The translations under genes and the position numbers were made by a program. The notes beneath the pieces are model-generated. The model made no database searches. It was not told the origin of the DNA and saw nothing but the letters and a program-made list of their open reading frames with translations. A stretch of 63,075 nt of DNA, filler included, from Olpidium bornovanus S191 (taxonomy: Eukaryota; Fungi; Olpidiomycota), in assembly GCA_017911155.1 (NCBI GenBank). It is 27 parts of 27 records of this genome, joined end to end, with 100 filler letters (N's around TTAATTAATTAA, not from the genome) between each part and the next. Parts side by side here need not be neighbours in the genome. Positions count along the whole stretch, not along the records: positions 38,855 to 40,334 come from JAEFCI010002840.1; positions 40,435 to 42,540 come from JAEFCI010000589.1; positions 42,641 to 46,163 come from JAEFCI010012482.1; positions 46,264 to 49,001 come from JAEFCI010007070.1; positions 49,102 to 55,531 come from JAEFCI010011233.1; 22 more parts are not named here. One strand, given 5' to 3'. Position 1 is the first letter of the stretch. Every line of letters begins with the position of its first letter. Below, piece by piece: positions 38,855-50,183 of this stretch.

Positions 38855-40130
38855 CCATGCAAGCTGTTTTTTGTGATTTTCAATATCTTCGCCAAATTTC
38901 TGCACCTCTTCAAGCGTTTTCACTTTTCGAAAAAGGTCGATGAATTTCTTTTTCAACGACGGCAGCACCTTCCAAAACGAGACGCGAAGACGAGTCAGCA
39001 AGCAAAACCCAAATACAGTGGAAAACTGTCCATCGATCTGCTTTCTACCTCCTTGCGCCTTTCGACAATGCGCTTAGTCACAGCAATGTTTTCTTCTACA
39101 GCACGATAGTCTCCTTCCAGCTTCGCTAGCTGGGTGGCCCTATAGAAAAGCTGAAAGAGAGGGTCGTGATAGATCTTGGAATATGATCCTTTGTTTTTTT
39201 GGTGGAGGGAAGTGGGCAGGGGCCGGCCTCTGACGTACACTGTACTTGTCATCAGGGCTGGATGATTTCAAGAACTCGCGCGAGGTATCTTGCGACAGGA
39301 TGATGAGAGGATTATCGACTTGGATGCCAAAGGCATCGCAGATATAGGAAAGCTCCTCCCGCGGCTTTGCGGCGACGTATGAGCCGTCCGCCGATCTCAC
39401 AATCCATTGGGCTCCACCCTCCTTTGCAAACCGCCGAGTTACAACGATCGTCTTTCCATATTTCTCTGGCAGGAAAGCTTCCGATCCTTGGTTTTTAATC
39501 CGCACAGTTATCTCTGAGCGTCTGCATACGGTGACTTTAGACACAGTTCTGTAGTTTCGCTCAGATACAGATTCAGAAGTGACTTACGTGGCCCCGTCGC
39601 GCACAAAATCAGCGACTTTTGAACCTCGCTGCGTTACATTCGCCTTCCCCCCGAAGCATAGCGTCAGAGCGGTGAGAATTGCGCTCTTCCCGCCTTTGGA
39701 CCAAGCGCCGAAACCTCTTTGAGAGTCTGAACGCGGTAAGTTGCAGGGGCAACGAGGCGGAAGCTACGCACTTCCGTTATGTCCGATAATGAAATTGATT
39801 TGCGGACCAAAGGTGAACTCCATCTTGCGGTGGCACATGAAATCGGCGAGCGTTATCGACTCGATAATTCCCGCCTCAGCCGGATCTTCGGGGCCGGAAG
39901 ACCCTCGCCTTTTCTCCCGTTTGACTTTGTCGCGTTCAATGGTGCGCTTTAGCAGCTTTTCCTTTTCGAGAAGCTCCTGTGACACCGGGACGTCATGTTG
40001 TTCTACCTGCCCGTCGTTTTCGGGCGAAGAACAACGGGAAACCTGGAAGGAAACGCGCGAACCCGGCGCGGAAGTCACGCCTCTGTTCGCCGCCGCGCAC
40101 ACGCTGGGTCCGAAAGTCATATCATGCTGG
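38855..40130 (-). CDS. SMC6: SMC6 N-terminal ATPase head and start of coiled coil
   Basis: GIIESITLADFMCH, Walker A GHNGSGKSAILTAL (split by an intron), IQVDNPLIILSQDTSREFL, ATQLAKLEGDY. Confidence 0.93.
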
Positions 40131-40798
40131 GTCAGACACGATGCCCAGGGTGGGGGAAGGGGGGGAGGGGGGAAGAAGCGCGGGCGAGCAGAGAACGGCC
40201 TAACGTATTTTGCAGAGGCCGAGCAAACGACGCGCCGACGCCGGTTTCGCCGATCTCAAGGAGAGCCACGGACGCACGTTCGTGGGCCGGGGGGGGGGGG
40301 ATAGGGGGGGGGGGGGGGGGGCCGGGGCCCCCCCNNNNNNNNNNNNNNNNNNNNNNNNNNNNNNNNNNNNNNNNNNNNTTAATTAATTAANNNNNNNNNN
40401 NNNNNNNNNNNNNNNNNNNNNNNNNNNNNNNNNNCCCCGACGCGGTAGGAGTCCTCGCAACTCTTCGCGAAACTCCCACGCCGATCCAACTCACCGCCAT
40501 AAACCCAACCAACTCGACAGAGGGGACTCCCCAAAATCCACTCGAATATTTCAACACATACTCCGACCTCCCACTCGCCGCACGCATCGGGAGCAAGCTC
40601 GAGGACATCACCGATCCAAGGCTCTGGCAGCGATACACCAAACTGCTCATCCGGTTCGCGGCCGTGATCCCCTCGAAGCTGTGTCGTAGAATACGGTAGT
40701 TACAAAGCATTTAAAAGGAAGAAAACCCCCGAACGAAAACAACGCTTTTCCACACCCCGAATAATAATAAAAGAAAACTAGGCGCATAAAACTGCACA

Positions 40799-40812
40799 GG
40801 TTATGAGCCCAG
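40799..40812 (+). promoter_or_regulatory. Primer-binding site complementary to the initiator-tRNA anticodon arm (half-tRNA priming type)
   Basis: GGTTATGAGCCCAG immediately after a CA dinucleotide; same type as the Ty5 and Drosophila copia PBS. Confidence 0.65.
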
Positions 40813-40979
40813 GGCTCCGCTGACCGCCCGCCACCGCAGCGCCGCCCTCCGCCGCAGCGCCGCCATTGCCGAAGCTGCGCTCTGCCGCAGCCGCCTCTCG
40901 ACATCCGCAGCCGCTTCGCGCAGCCCTTCGCGCAGCCCTCCGCCGCTGCCGCTTCGCGCCCCGCGCTTCTGCTTCGCTA

Positions 40980-41140
40980 CGCCTTCCGCCGTCGCCGCGC
41001 ACTCGCGCTTCGGCTCCGCCTTCGCCGTCGCCGCGCACCCGCGCTTCGGCTCCGCCCTCGCCGTTGCCGCCATCGCGCTTCGGCTTTGCCTTCCGCCGTC
41101 GCCGCGCACCCGCACTTTGGCTCCGCCTCCGTCGCCGTCA
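40980..41140 (+). repeat. GC-rich imperfect tandem repeat, about 33-36-nt unit, 4-5 copies
   Basis: Recurrent ccgtcgccgcgcacccgcgcttcggctccgcc variants. Confidence 0.75.
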
Positions 41141-41724
41141 CCACCGCTGCGCCGCCGCTGCGCGCACGCCCCTGCGCGCCCGTCGCCGCCGCCCCCGCAG
41201 CTGCGCGCTCGTCACGCCATCCCTCTGCGCCACCTCGCACCAACAAACCATCCCTGCGCAGCCGCGCAGCAGCCCAAACGCGCGTAGCCTGCCCCGCGAC
41301 ATGAAAGACAACGAAAAACGCACCCAAGACGCGCCAGAAAGCCGTACAGAAGTGCATGCGGCCCCGCAGCACATGGCTGGCGGAAAAGTAGGTGGCTCCA
41401 CCGCTTCTTCTCACCCTCTGACGTCAGCGCTCTTCGAAGGTGCAGGTCTAGACGCAGGCGCGAGGATGAATGTGTCTGCACGACGCAGCACCTCCACCCT
41501 GGGAACAGGCCGCGGCCGCGCACGTGCGGAACCTGCAGAACCCGCGGAAGCGCGCCCGTTCGCCGAGGAGGGCATCGAAGCGGGCATCGAAGCGCGCGCC
41601 ACAGAAGACATAGCAAGCCTACGCACAGCCATGAAAGCGCAACAAACGCGCCTTGACGAACGTCTCGACAAGCTGACCTCTCTTTTCGAGCGTTTTGTTG
41701 CCACGCAAACAGAAGAAAGACGAG

Positions 41725-42540
41725 CACAACTTCCACGGCTTGTGATCCGTGGGGAAAAAAACCAACGGAGGCACCACCTGCTGGTCCACGCACCCAATCT
41801 CGGAGTCATCGAACGTCAAGGCCTTCCCGTGGCGACCCAACATTTGACGGAACGCGGCCTGCTCCTCATTCGACAGGAACCCATCGCCGTCCCCCACTCT
41901 CATGCTTTGCAACGTCGCCGTGGTGAAACTGTGCCCAATCCCGGACGGGTCCCGCAGCCTGGGTTCCTTGCTCGCTTGCATTATCCGCTTCCCCGCGTCA
42001 GGAAGCAACTCCTGCGCCACCAGGTGCACCTTCCTTCCCACCGGCTTGTATAAAGTATTGACCCTTGCCTCTTGCTCTTCTTCTTCGTAGGTGCCTTCGA
42101 CGGCGACCGCAACCTCGTGTTCCCGCTCTGTACCCCCGGTATCATCATCCAGCCGCCCCCAACCGGGGCTCAGAGGGCGGCCTGCCGAAAATCCTGCTCG
42201 ACATCTTGGCTGATTTCCTCCTGCAACGCGTCCGGTACTCTCGTCGGACGATGCTGAAGGTAAACCCTGTGCTTGGGATCCGCGGGATCAACCACACGAA
42301 ACCTCACTCTTCACTCCGTCCAGAGAAGTTACCTGTCCAGTCTCTGTCCCGTCATCTTCCCACTGACTCGTGTAGCGCAGCCGGGCTCGCCATGGTTGCC
42401 CCAAAATGATATCGTATCTTAGCGTCTGCTGGATGAAGAGGTGATGCCTCGTTTGAAAATCCGCGACAGCCAGCGCGACGTTTGGGCACGCTCCATAAAT
42501 GGTCTCTTTGGAGAGCGCCGTATGCAGTGTCCACCCAGGC
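41725..42540 (-). mobile_element. Degenerate Ty3/gypsy pol fragment (protease C-terminus to pre-RT linker)
   Basis: YDIILGQPW (protease end), NTLYKPVGRKVHLV and FRQMLGRHGKALTFDDSEIGCVDQQVVPPLVFFPTDHKPW; frameshifts and stops present. Confidence 0.75.
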
Positions 42541-43384
42541 NNNNNNNNNNNNNNNNNNNNNNNNNNNNNNNNNNNNNNNNNNNNTTAATTAATTAANNNN
42601 NNNNNNNNNNNNNNNNNNNNNNNNNNNNNNNNNNNNNNNNACATGGCATCACCAAGCTGACCCACGATGTGTCCAGCAGCGTGGACACGTGACTTAGGCA
42701 AACACCAAGACCAAGACCAAGATCAAGACGGCGTTATAGTGTGCGCCAGCGTGGTGGCGCCAAAGCCATAATATCGGCAAAACTTTCCTTCAAGCTCCGC
42801 CTCTCGAAATATTTCTGAGCCAGCCGCCGGTACCGTTGCCGCAATACTGGATATCGCGTGCCTTCACGGTTTGTGAGCGTGGTTCGCTTGTTTATGCCTT
42901 CGCCAAGAGTGTACGGCACAACGGTGCAGGGTAGTGGAACATATTCGCTGACGCGTGCGCGGCACGCGACCAGTGTAGAACGCAATATGTAGATTCACAC
43001 CGCGCGCGCTGTTGTGGGGGAAAAAGCGAAAGGTCAAGTGGTGTCGCCGGGGTTTCAGAAGTCCACGATGGAAATCTAAATGCAGATGACATAATTCCAA
43101 CACACGGAAACCTCTTTGCTAGGGAGAACAGTTAGACCCCCCTCCCCCCTCTTCCTTCCCCCACTTCCCGGCACGTCGCTCAACTTGGCCCAACTGCCCA
43201 CCGATTCTTTCCCCTGGAGCGCGCGCGTGGAAGGCGCCAGCCGCAGCCGATATAAAGTGCGCCAAGACTTTAACTTACAGCTCCGTAGAACATTTCCCGA
43301 CAAACTTCACCAGATCCAGATCCAGAGCCCTCAGCTAGAACTTGCGAATATAATAGATCTCCAGATCGCGGGGCGCGCAGATTT

Positions 43385-43930
43385 ACGTCATTGGCTCGTT
43401 ACACCTTGCCACAGTATCGCGGCTTGGGCCATCAGGTGATGAATTGCGGGTGTGGCGTCTCCTAGCTGTCCATGTTTGCTTTCTCTGCGGTCGTCTCGAG
43501 CTTGCTGAAGGAGTCCGTGAGGGCTTCGGCGCGTCCTGTGCCTGCATAAGACGGGACGGCTCCCAGCATGGCTCGGGGCCAGCAGGGTGCCTCGTGTCCC
43601 CTCTTGTCTTAGGTTTACGTCAACTCTGCAGCAGTCGGCAATGTCGGCTGGCTCGTACCCAAGGTGCTTTCTAGTGCTCAGGTCCTCCCGGAGAAAACCA
43701 CTCAACGTGCTCCTTGCGGAGTTGTCCCGCGTCATTGTCACGGTGACCCTTGTCCTCCTCCCGGTGGGCGAGAAGGGCGGCTTCGCGCATCTTGGGGCGC
43801 TCATCGGCTCTGGCCAGGTGGCGTCGAAGGTCGTCTACCTTTCACTGATGGTGCCTCTTCTCGTCTTCCCTTCTGTGGCGCTCCTGGAGCGCCCGCGAGG
43901 AGCCCACCGCGGACAGGCAAGAGAGTTCAT
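43385..43930 (-). mobile_element. Decayed second copy of the Gag family seen at 6789-7574
   Basis: FLREDLSTRKHLGY, RAMLGAVPSY, KLETTAEKANM and HHLMAQAAILWQ align by eye with FLREDLSTRRLHGY, RAMLGAVPNY, KLDAAAEQANL and HHLTEQVAILWQ. Frameshifts and stops present. Confidence 0.8.
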
Positions 43931-44215
43931 TGATTCCCCGGTCCGGCGGGGAGATTGGGGGCGGGGCTTCTTACGGGGAGAGAAGCGCAGGTTTCCTGCC
44001 GGCGCGGCGAGAAGTCCCCGGTCGGGACTTTCGACCCGAAAACGCCCGTCTCCATCACTCACCCGCCTCCTCTTCCTTCCGCCGGAAGCGCTCTCCCGTT
44101 CGCGCGCGTGCGCGCGGCACCGACCGGCCCCGGCAGAAACGCGCCAGCCAAGCAAAGCGAGGCCGCCCCAGCAACGGGCGGGTTGCGGCCGCGCGCAACC
44201 GTGGACCCTCACAGC

Positions 44216-45357
44216 ATGAACAGGTCGTTTTTTGCCAGTGCCGCCGGAGGAGCCGGCGGATGCGGCGACTTTCCGTTTGGCGCTGTTAGCGACGACCCTG
44301 TGGGGGCGGAAGCGGTGCTGGTCGACCCGGACACGGGCATGCTCCTCGGCCAGGAAGACGATTTCTCCGGCACGTCGTTCCTTCAGCAGCTCCAGCTCTC
44401 GATGCCCGGTCACGGCCAGCAAGTGCGGCTTCTGGCGCAGCAGCAACCGCAATCGGTCGGCGTTCCGTTGACGGCGCCGGTCGCATTCGATGTCGGCCCA
44501 GCGCACATCGCGCAGGACATCGCCGCGGAGGCGCCGGACATCGCCGCGGAGGCGCCATCGCCCTTTGCGGGAGCAGCGGCTCTGCAGTCAATGGAAGTTG
44601 TCGGGCCTGCTGAGCAGGAAGTTCACGGTGCCACTGCGTGCTCACTTCTGGGTGACATCAGGCGGCTCGTGACCGGGTGCGTCACGAAGTGGGAGGAAGC
44701 CACCTGCAGTGGCGCCGGGGTGCACGGCGGCTTGCGGAGCGGGACACCGGATTTAATGTTGGCAGGTTCGTGCTGAGCGCCTGCGGGGTGAGCAAGCGCG
44801 GAACGTGCGTCGCTGCCGCTTTCACGGTTAGCCTGGCAAGCTCGCATTCATAGCCTTGTTTGCCCCGTGGACGGTTCTGCAGCTGTTCACCAGCTGGGCC
44901 CGGTAAACATTGCCGTAGAGCAAGCCAAGTTCTCGGGACTGGTGAAACGCCTCCGCGGCACTATTGAAACCTATCTGAACACTACGATCGCGATGCCGAT
45001 CGCGAACGTCCCGGAAGCGACTGCACTGCTACGGCGATACTCAATGCTCGCGAAGGTACGCGACTAGCGCCGGAATCACCCAGAAGTCGAGTGCCCCATG
45101 ATCTAACCGTGGTCGCCGTTGACGCGCTTGTGCCACTGGGGCGCGTCTGGACCGATTATCGGACGTTCAATGCATATCTTATTCTCCAGGAGGAGTCCAA
45201 ACTCGCCGCAAACATCGCTGGCGTTGGAAACGCCCTCCACGACTGCAAGGAACTTCTGCGGGCGGTTTGTTTCCAAGACCGTAGTTCACGATCTACTCGG
45301 CTTGATGCGGAGAAATTAATAAGCGAAATTCGGCAGATCGGTCGGGAACTTGGGTAA
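44216..45357 (+). CDS. Hypothetical multi-exon protein
   Basis: ATG at 44216 (MNRSFF...), then exons AVEQAKFSGLVKRLRGTIETYLN...LAK and EESKLAANIAG...RELG* with GT-AG boundaries. Internal 21-nt duplication encoding DIAAEAP twice. Confidence 0.35.
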
Positions 45358-47244
45358 TACTACCCTCTTCGTCTGGTGATGACGACCGGCTTGTAGATTG
45401 TCTAAAGTAACGGGCGACAACCAGTTATTAACGAGACTTCTTATTAAATTGTGTGGTACCTTTACTCTGACAGTTTGCAAGACTTCACGGATGTGTCTGT
45501 CAATCGAGACGAGACTGTTACCACAGTCACCCTTGGTGGCGCTATCATAGTAGTAGACGTAAGCGATCACGGAGGTGTCTGGAGTGAGTCAACCCACTCT
45601 TGACACTGTCTAGAGTTCGGGCTGTTGTTCACGGTGCGTCCACTTTTTTTATGCTTATTGTTGTCCGTATCCTTTTTCGGCAAGGTCGAGCTTACTAGCT
45701 GTGCTGCTATTCGAAAACTCGAAGTCACGTACGCGTCAGGAAGTGGTTTTGGAGGGCAGGTACGCTAAACGCTTCCGATGTCGAATTAGATCGCGCCAGA
45801 TCGCTGACAGGTGCCGCTGGGTAGGTAGACAGGCTCTTGATGGAGAATCTCAAGTAAATTTTTTTGGTTTGATATAATTCTTTCCGACTTTGGCGAATCA
45901 AATTGTTTCTAAACGCTTGCGACGACCGACCAGGAAAGGAGATCTGGCGCTTTTTAGCCGCAACCTCGGCGTTTTGGTCTTCTTTGACGGTGCTACGAAA
46001 AACAACGCTCCCGTGGACGCTTTCCACGCAGTCAGCTGCATCGAACAAGACGTTGTTAAAATGGCCGAAAGGGAGCTGTGCGTGTACTCTGCTTTCTTTT
46101 TGCTTATCGGATTGACTCTCGGTTGTCGATTCCACCATTGAAATTTGGGGTGAATGCCATGGCNNNNNNNNNNNNNNNNNNNNNNNNNNNNNNNNNNNNN
46201 NNNNNNNTTAATTAATTAANNNNNNNNNNNNNNNNNNNNNNNNNNNNNNNNNNNNNNNNNNNNCCCCCGTCATTTCGCCCCGAGTCGTCACAACTGCCAA
46301 GCGTCGGCGGCCGCGGAGCGGGAGGGTTGACGCAAACTCTCCCGCGCGTTTCCCCCATTCTCCACCCATATCGACACACGCATGCACGCGCGCCCTGCAG
46401 TTCGAGCTGGACGACCCGTGCGCGTTCACCGACGACTACGTCAGGACGGAATTGGCGCCGCTTGGGAGCGGGCCGCCTTCCGGAGACGCTTCCGCGACGG
46501 GCAGCCCGGCGTCCCAGCGTTTTCGGAAGCCCGCACCGCCCGGCCGCGGCCCGTCGCGATTGCACCGCACCTAGAACGGGCTCCGCAGAAAAACCGTGCG
46601 CCTCTCAAGCACAAAAAAGAGAGAAAAAGAAGTTTCACTTTTTTTTATTCCGGAGGCAGAAAATTCTCGCCGCTTTCCTTCCCCCACCCCTCTCACCTCC
46701 CCGCTCGTCCGACCGTCTAAATCGATTTACATATACATATTTCCCACTCCACACCCCCGCCCTTTAAAAAAAGAATGTCTCGACTGGATTTCTTTCGCTT
46801 TTTGCTGTAGCGTCACGCCACGTGACCGTGACACGTACGCCACGTGACCGCAACCCCCACCCGCACGTAGCGGGTTCGGGTCCGCCGCGAAGGTCGGCTT
46901 ACTCCTTTTTTCACGGCCGAATTTGCAAAAAATTCCCGACGCGCGGGCTCCTCGCAAAAACCAAAAAAAAAAAAAAAAAAAAAAAAGCCCGGGAAAAAAA
47001 AAAACCGCAAAAGAGAAGCGTTTTCAACTGGAGCGTCCATGGTGATATTCGTCGCACCTCCAAATGAAACTACGGCGGCAGCAGGGGGGCGGTGGGGGGC
47101 AAACCCCTTCTTGCTGCCGCTTGCTTACTCTTACGGCCCGACGGCGCCTTTCGTCGACGAGGCCGGGTCCGGCGTCGTTGTCGTCGTCCCGCGCCCCGCC
47201 GCGCCGTCCGGACGTCCCGGCGAAGGAGCGGCGGGAAGGGTCGA

Positions 47245-48909
47245 CTACTGCGGCTGCCGGTCCGACCCCGCGGCCGCTTCTTCCTCCGTTTCGCTTCCGT
47301 CGATCTCCGCGTCTTCTTCCTCCCGCCTCGGCTGCTCCGGTTGCTGCTCGCTGGCCGCCGCAACGTCCTGCTCGCCGGCAGGCTCTCCTTGAGGTCCCGG
47401 CGCACCGGACGGTCGGGCGGCGTTTTCGCCGCCGCCGCCGTCATGGCTCTCGGCCTCCTCGGGAGGAGGAGAAGGAGGAGGAGGACCCCCGGCGGCGGAC
47501 TCCGCCTTGTGCGCTTCGGTCGAAGGCGAAGGCGAAGATCCGGTCGGAGACGGAGGTTCCGCCGCCGAGGACGGCTCCTCCGGCGACCGCGGCTCCGCCG
47601 CCTCGTCGGCGACCCGTTCGTCCTCGGCGGCTTCCTCGGACCCCGCGCCGGCGGCCGCCCCGTTGCCGCCTTCCGCGCCGCCGGGAACGGCCTCGCCGTC
47701 GCGCGGGGGAGGGGGGCCGTCGCCTTCTCCGACGGGAGGCGGAGAAGGAACACCCCGCTCCTCGTGGACGGCGGCCGGCGGCGAACCCGACCTAGGCGTT
47801 GCCGCCGCCGCCGCGCGCCGGCGTCCGTCCTCGCCCTCTGCCTGCGGCGGGGTGCGCAACGGCTCCGGGACTTCCGGCGCCTCCTCCTTTAAGGTGTCGG
47901 CGAAGAACTGCAGGACCTCGGCCCTCAGCTTCTTGCGGTCCGCGTGCGGCAGCCCGGGGGTTTCGCCGCACAGCCGCAGCGCCCTCGTCGCCTCCTTCCG
48001 GGCCGCGTCGACGCTGCCCTCGGACGCGTGCAGCCGGGAAAGCAGGAGTGGCAGCCGGGCGGTGGCGAGGGGGCTCGCGCCCGCGCTCTCCTTCAGCCGG
48101 AACGCGTCGATCGTGGTGAGGATCTGGTGCGCCTCGGCCTGCTGCGCCTCATCTGGCGGCCGGGCACCCGGGCGATGAGTAACGACCCCGTGCGGCGGCG
48201 GCCAGATGTACGGCCGGACCTGTTACGCCTTTACCTAGATGTTCTTTTGCCGGCCCTTTCCGCCAATAGGCATCCCAGATGTCGATGATTTTGTCATAGA
48301 TGGCGTTTGCTACACCGAACATGCCCCGGCCTTGGAACACGTTTCCCAGGTGAAAGTAGCCTCCCGAGACTGGCATTCAAGGGTTGCAGGTCAACCACCC
48401 CGTTCTGGGGCGCCGTTGTGTGCGAACACCAAGTCCGGCTCTAGAGACGAACCTTGGAAATGATCCGGACCGAACACCAAGGAGAGATAATACACCTGTC
48501 CCCATTGGCGCGGGCGGGAACCGGCGACCGCCGTCGGGTGGACTTGCGTCAACATTATTCCAATAGGGCGGCGGCAGCAGCAGAGGGCGATGGGAAGGTG
48601 CGGCACTTACGTCTTCCGCCAGCTGGGCGGCGGCCTCTGCCCACATTTTCTTGCTGGCGTACAGCAGCCCAAAGTTCCGGTGGAGCTGCGACCGGATCTC
48701 GTGGATCTGGATTCCCCTTGACGGCCCCGCCGGCGGGCGGCTCTTTGTGCTCGGCCCCGGGGATCCCGGTCCGCCGGTCGCGGCTTTTTTCGCGCGTCCC
48801 TGTGGAGCCGGTGACCCCGAACGTGCCGCAGCGTCGCCTTCCTCGGCCTTGATGATGGCCCACTTGGCCAGGGACAGGTAATCTTCGGCCTGGGCGTACT
48901 GTTTGAGAC
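47245..48909 (-). CDS. ZMYND12: ZMYND12-like flagellar/ciliary protein, 5'-truncated, with long acidic low-complexity tail
   Basis: Four exons splice in phase to QAEDYLSLAKWAII...IRSQLHRNFGLLY...QLAEDVYYLSLVFGPDHFQVSGGYFHLGNVF...YDKIIDIW...LDEAQQAEAHQILTTI, closely paralleling ZMYND12 motifs as recalled. Confidence 0.82.
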
Positions 48910-48962
48910 CTGGAGGGGGAAAGGCGCACTGTTCCTTTCAAACCGATCTACCCCCACTCCGC

Positions 48963-49001
<39 letters not shown>

Positions 49002-49101
49002 NNNNNNNNNNNNNNNNNNNNNNNNNNNNNNNNNNNNNNNNNNNNTTAATTAATTAANNNNNNNNNNNNNNNNNNNNNNNNNNNNNNNNNNNNNNNNNNN
49101 N

Positions 49102-50100
49102 CATGCCGCCGACCGGAGCCCACTGGCCCTTCTTGACCGACTCCTGGATACGGGCCCAGACCTTGGGGTAGTTGTCGCGGACCCACTCGTACTGCTGGGC
49201 CTGGGAGCAGGCGAAGATGAAGTCGTCGTACTCGTCGGCGAGCGAGGTGACGTTGGAGAAGGTGCGGGACGTCTTGCGCTTGGTCTCGCGGATCGGCCAG
49301 AGCCAGGCGGAGTCGATGTGGGCGTGGCCGACGCCGGAAATCGTGTGCGCGCTGGCGTGCGCGGGGCTGGACAGCACCGGCTCGAGCGCCTCGCGGACGG
49401 CGGTGGTCGAGCCGGAGACGTCGTCCAGGTCGAGCAGGTCCATCGCCCGGTCCAGGGCGTGGGCGATCTCGTGCCGGCGCGGGTCGTGCTCGCCGAGCTC
49501 CAGCATCAGCTCGCGCAGCACCTGCACATCGAGGTCGAGGTGCCAGACCTCCTTGTCGAAAACGGCGATGTCGGCGGCGCGGAAGGTGTAGAGGGGCTTG
49601 TCGCCCGCGGTGAGCTTGTCGCCGAGGGGCGTGGGCCTGGAGAAGTCGTTCGCGAGGATGTCCGGGTTGGAGGCGGCCTCGACCAGGTAGTCGACCGTTT
49701 CGCCGCGGGCGGGGTTGGCGATCGCCACGTACTGGTTGAGCGGGTTGACGGCCTTCAGCGGGGTGCCGTCGGTGCGGTGGACGAGGACCTCGGCCTGGTT
49801 GCCGGGCCAGTCGCCGGTGAAGCCGAGGTCGACGACGGCCTCGACGCGCTTTCCGGCCCACTCGGCGGGCACCTGTCCGCGCATGCGGAACCAGGTGGTG
49901 CCCCAGGGCGGCCCCCACGGGGTGCCCATCGAGAACGGCTCGTAGGACGCGGCGGCGGCCTCCTCGAACGGGACCGGCTCCCCGGGGGCCTGCCAAGCGT
50001 CGACCTCGAAGGGGACGGTGGCCGCGTAGACGGCGGTTTTGATGCGCTGGTCGTGAAGGCGCTGCACGCGCCCCTCGATGCGGCGGCTTTCGTCGTGCAT
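49102..50100 (-). CDS. Actinobacterial (Streptomyces-type) GH38 alpha-mannosidase, N-terminal part
   Basis: MHDESRRIEGR start, PWGPPWGTTWF, GHAHIDSAWLWP and FACSQAQQY...WAPVGGM; intronless; nearly all third codon positions G/C; GGAG ribosome-binding site upstream. Confidence 0.93.
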
Positions 50101-50160
50101 GGGATGTCTCCAGGAAGCGGGGAAGAGCGAGCAGGCGGGAAACGGCCCGGGGAAAGCGGG

Positions 50161-50174
50161 GGAAAGCGCTTACC
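50161..50174. promoter_or_regulatory. Possible LacI-family operator between the GH4 and GH38 genes
   Basis: Imperfect palindrome GGAAAGCGCTTACC with the central AAGCGCTT core typical of LacI-family sites. Confidence 0.35.
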
Positions 50175-50183
50175 GATCGGCGT

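Larger units (their letters stand above)
40435..41725 (+). mobile_element. 5' part of a probable copia-type LTR element: putative LTR end, PBS, GC-rich leader and start of Gag
   Basis: ...gcaca followed by GGTTATGAGCCCAG, then an intronless ORF from about 41301 with a coiled-coil Gag-like N-terminus (SLRTAMKAQQTRLDERLDKLTSLFERF). Confidence 0.55.

Noticed and set aside
42641-43100. hAT dimerisation-like peptide YPVLRQ...LAQKY
   Set aside because: Lacks the conserved SxxxERxFS motif; too weak.
46264-46600. AN1-type zinc-finger-like RHFAPSRHNC at the contig start
   Set aside because: Fragment too short and frame ambiguous.
47064-47892. Several 200+ aa Arg/Pro-rich ORFs overlapping the ZMYND12 tail, and similar ones at 17892-18700, 49046-50293 and 59427-60572
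   Set aside because: Alternative or antisense frames in GC-rich coding DNA.
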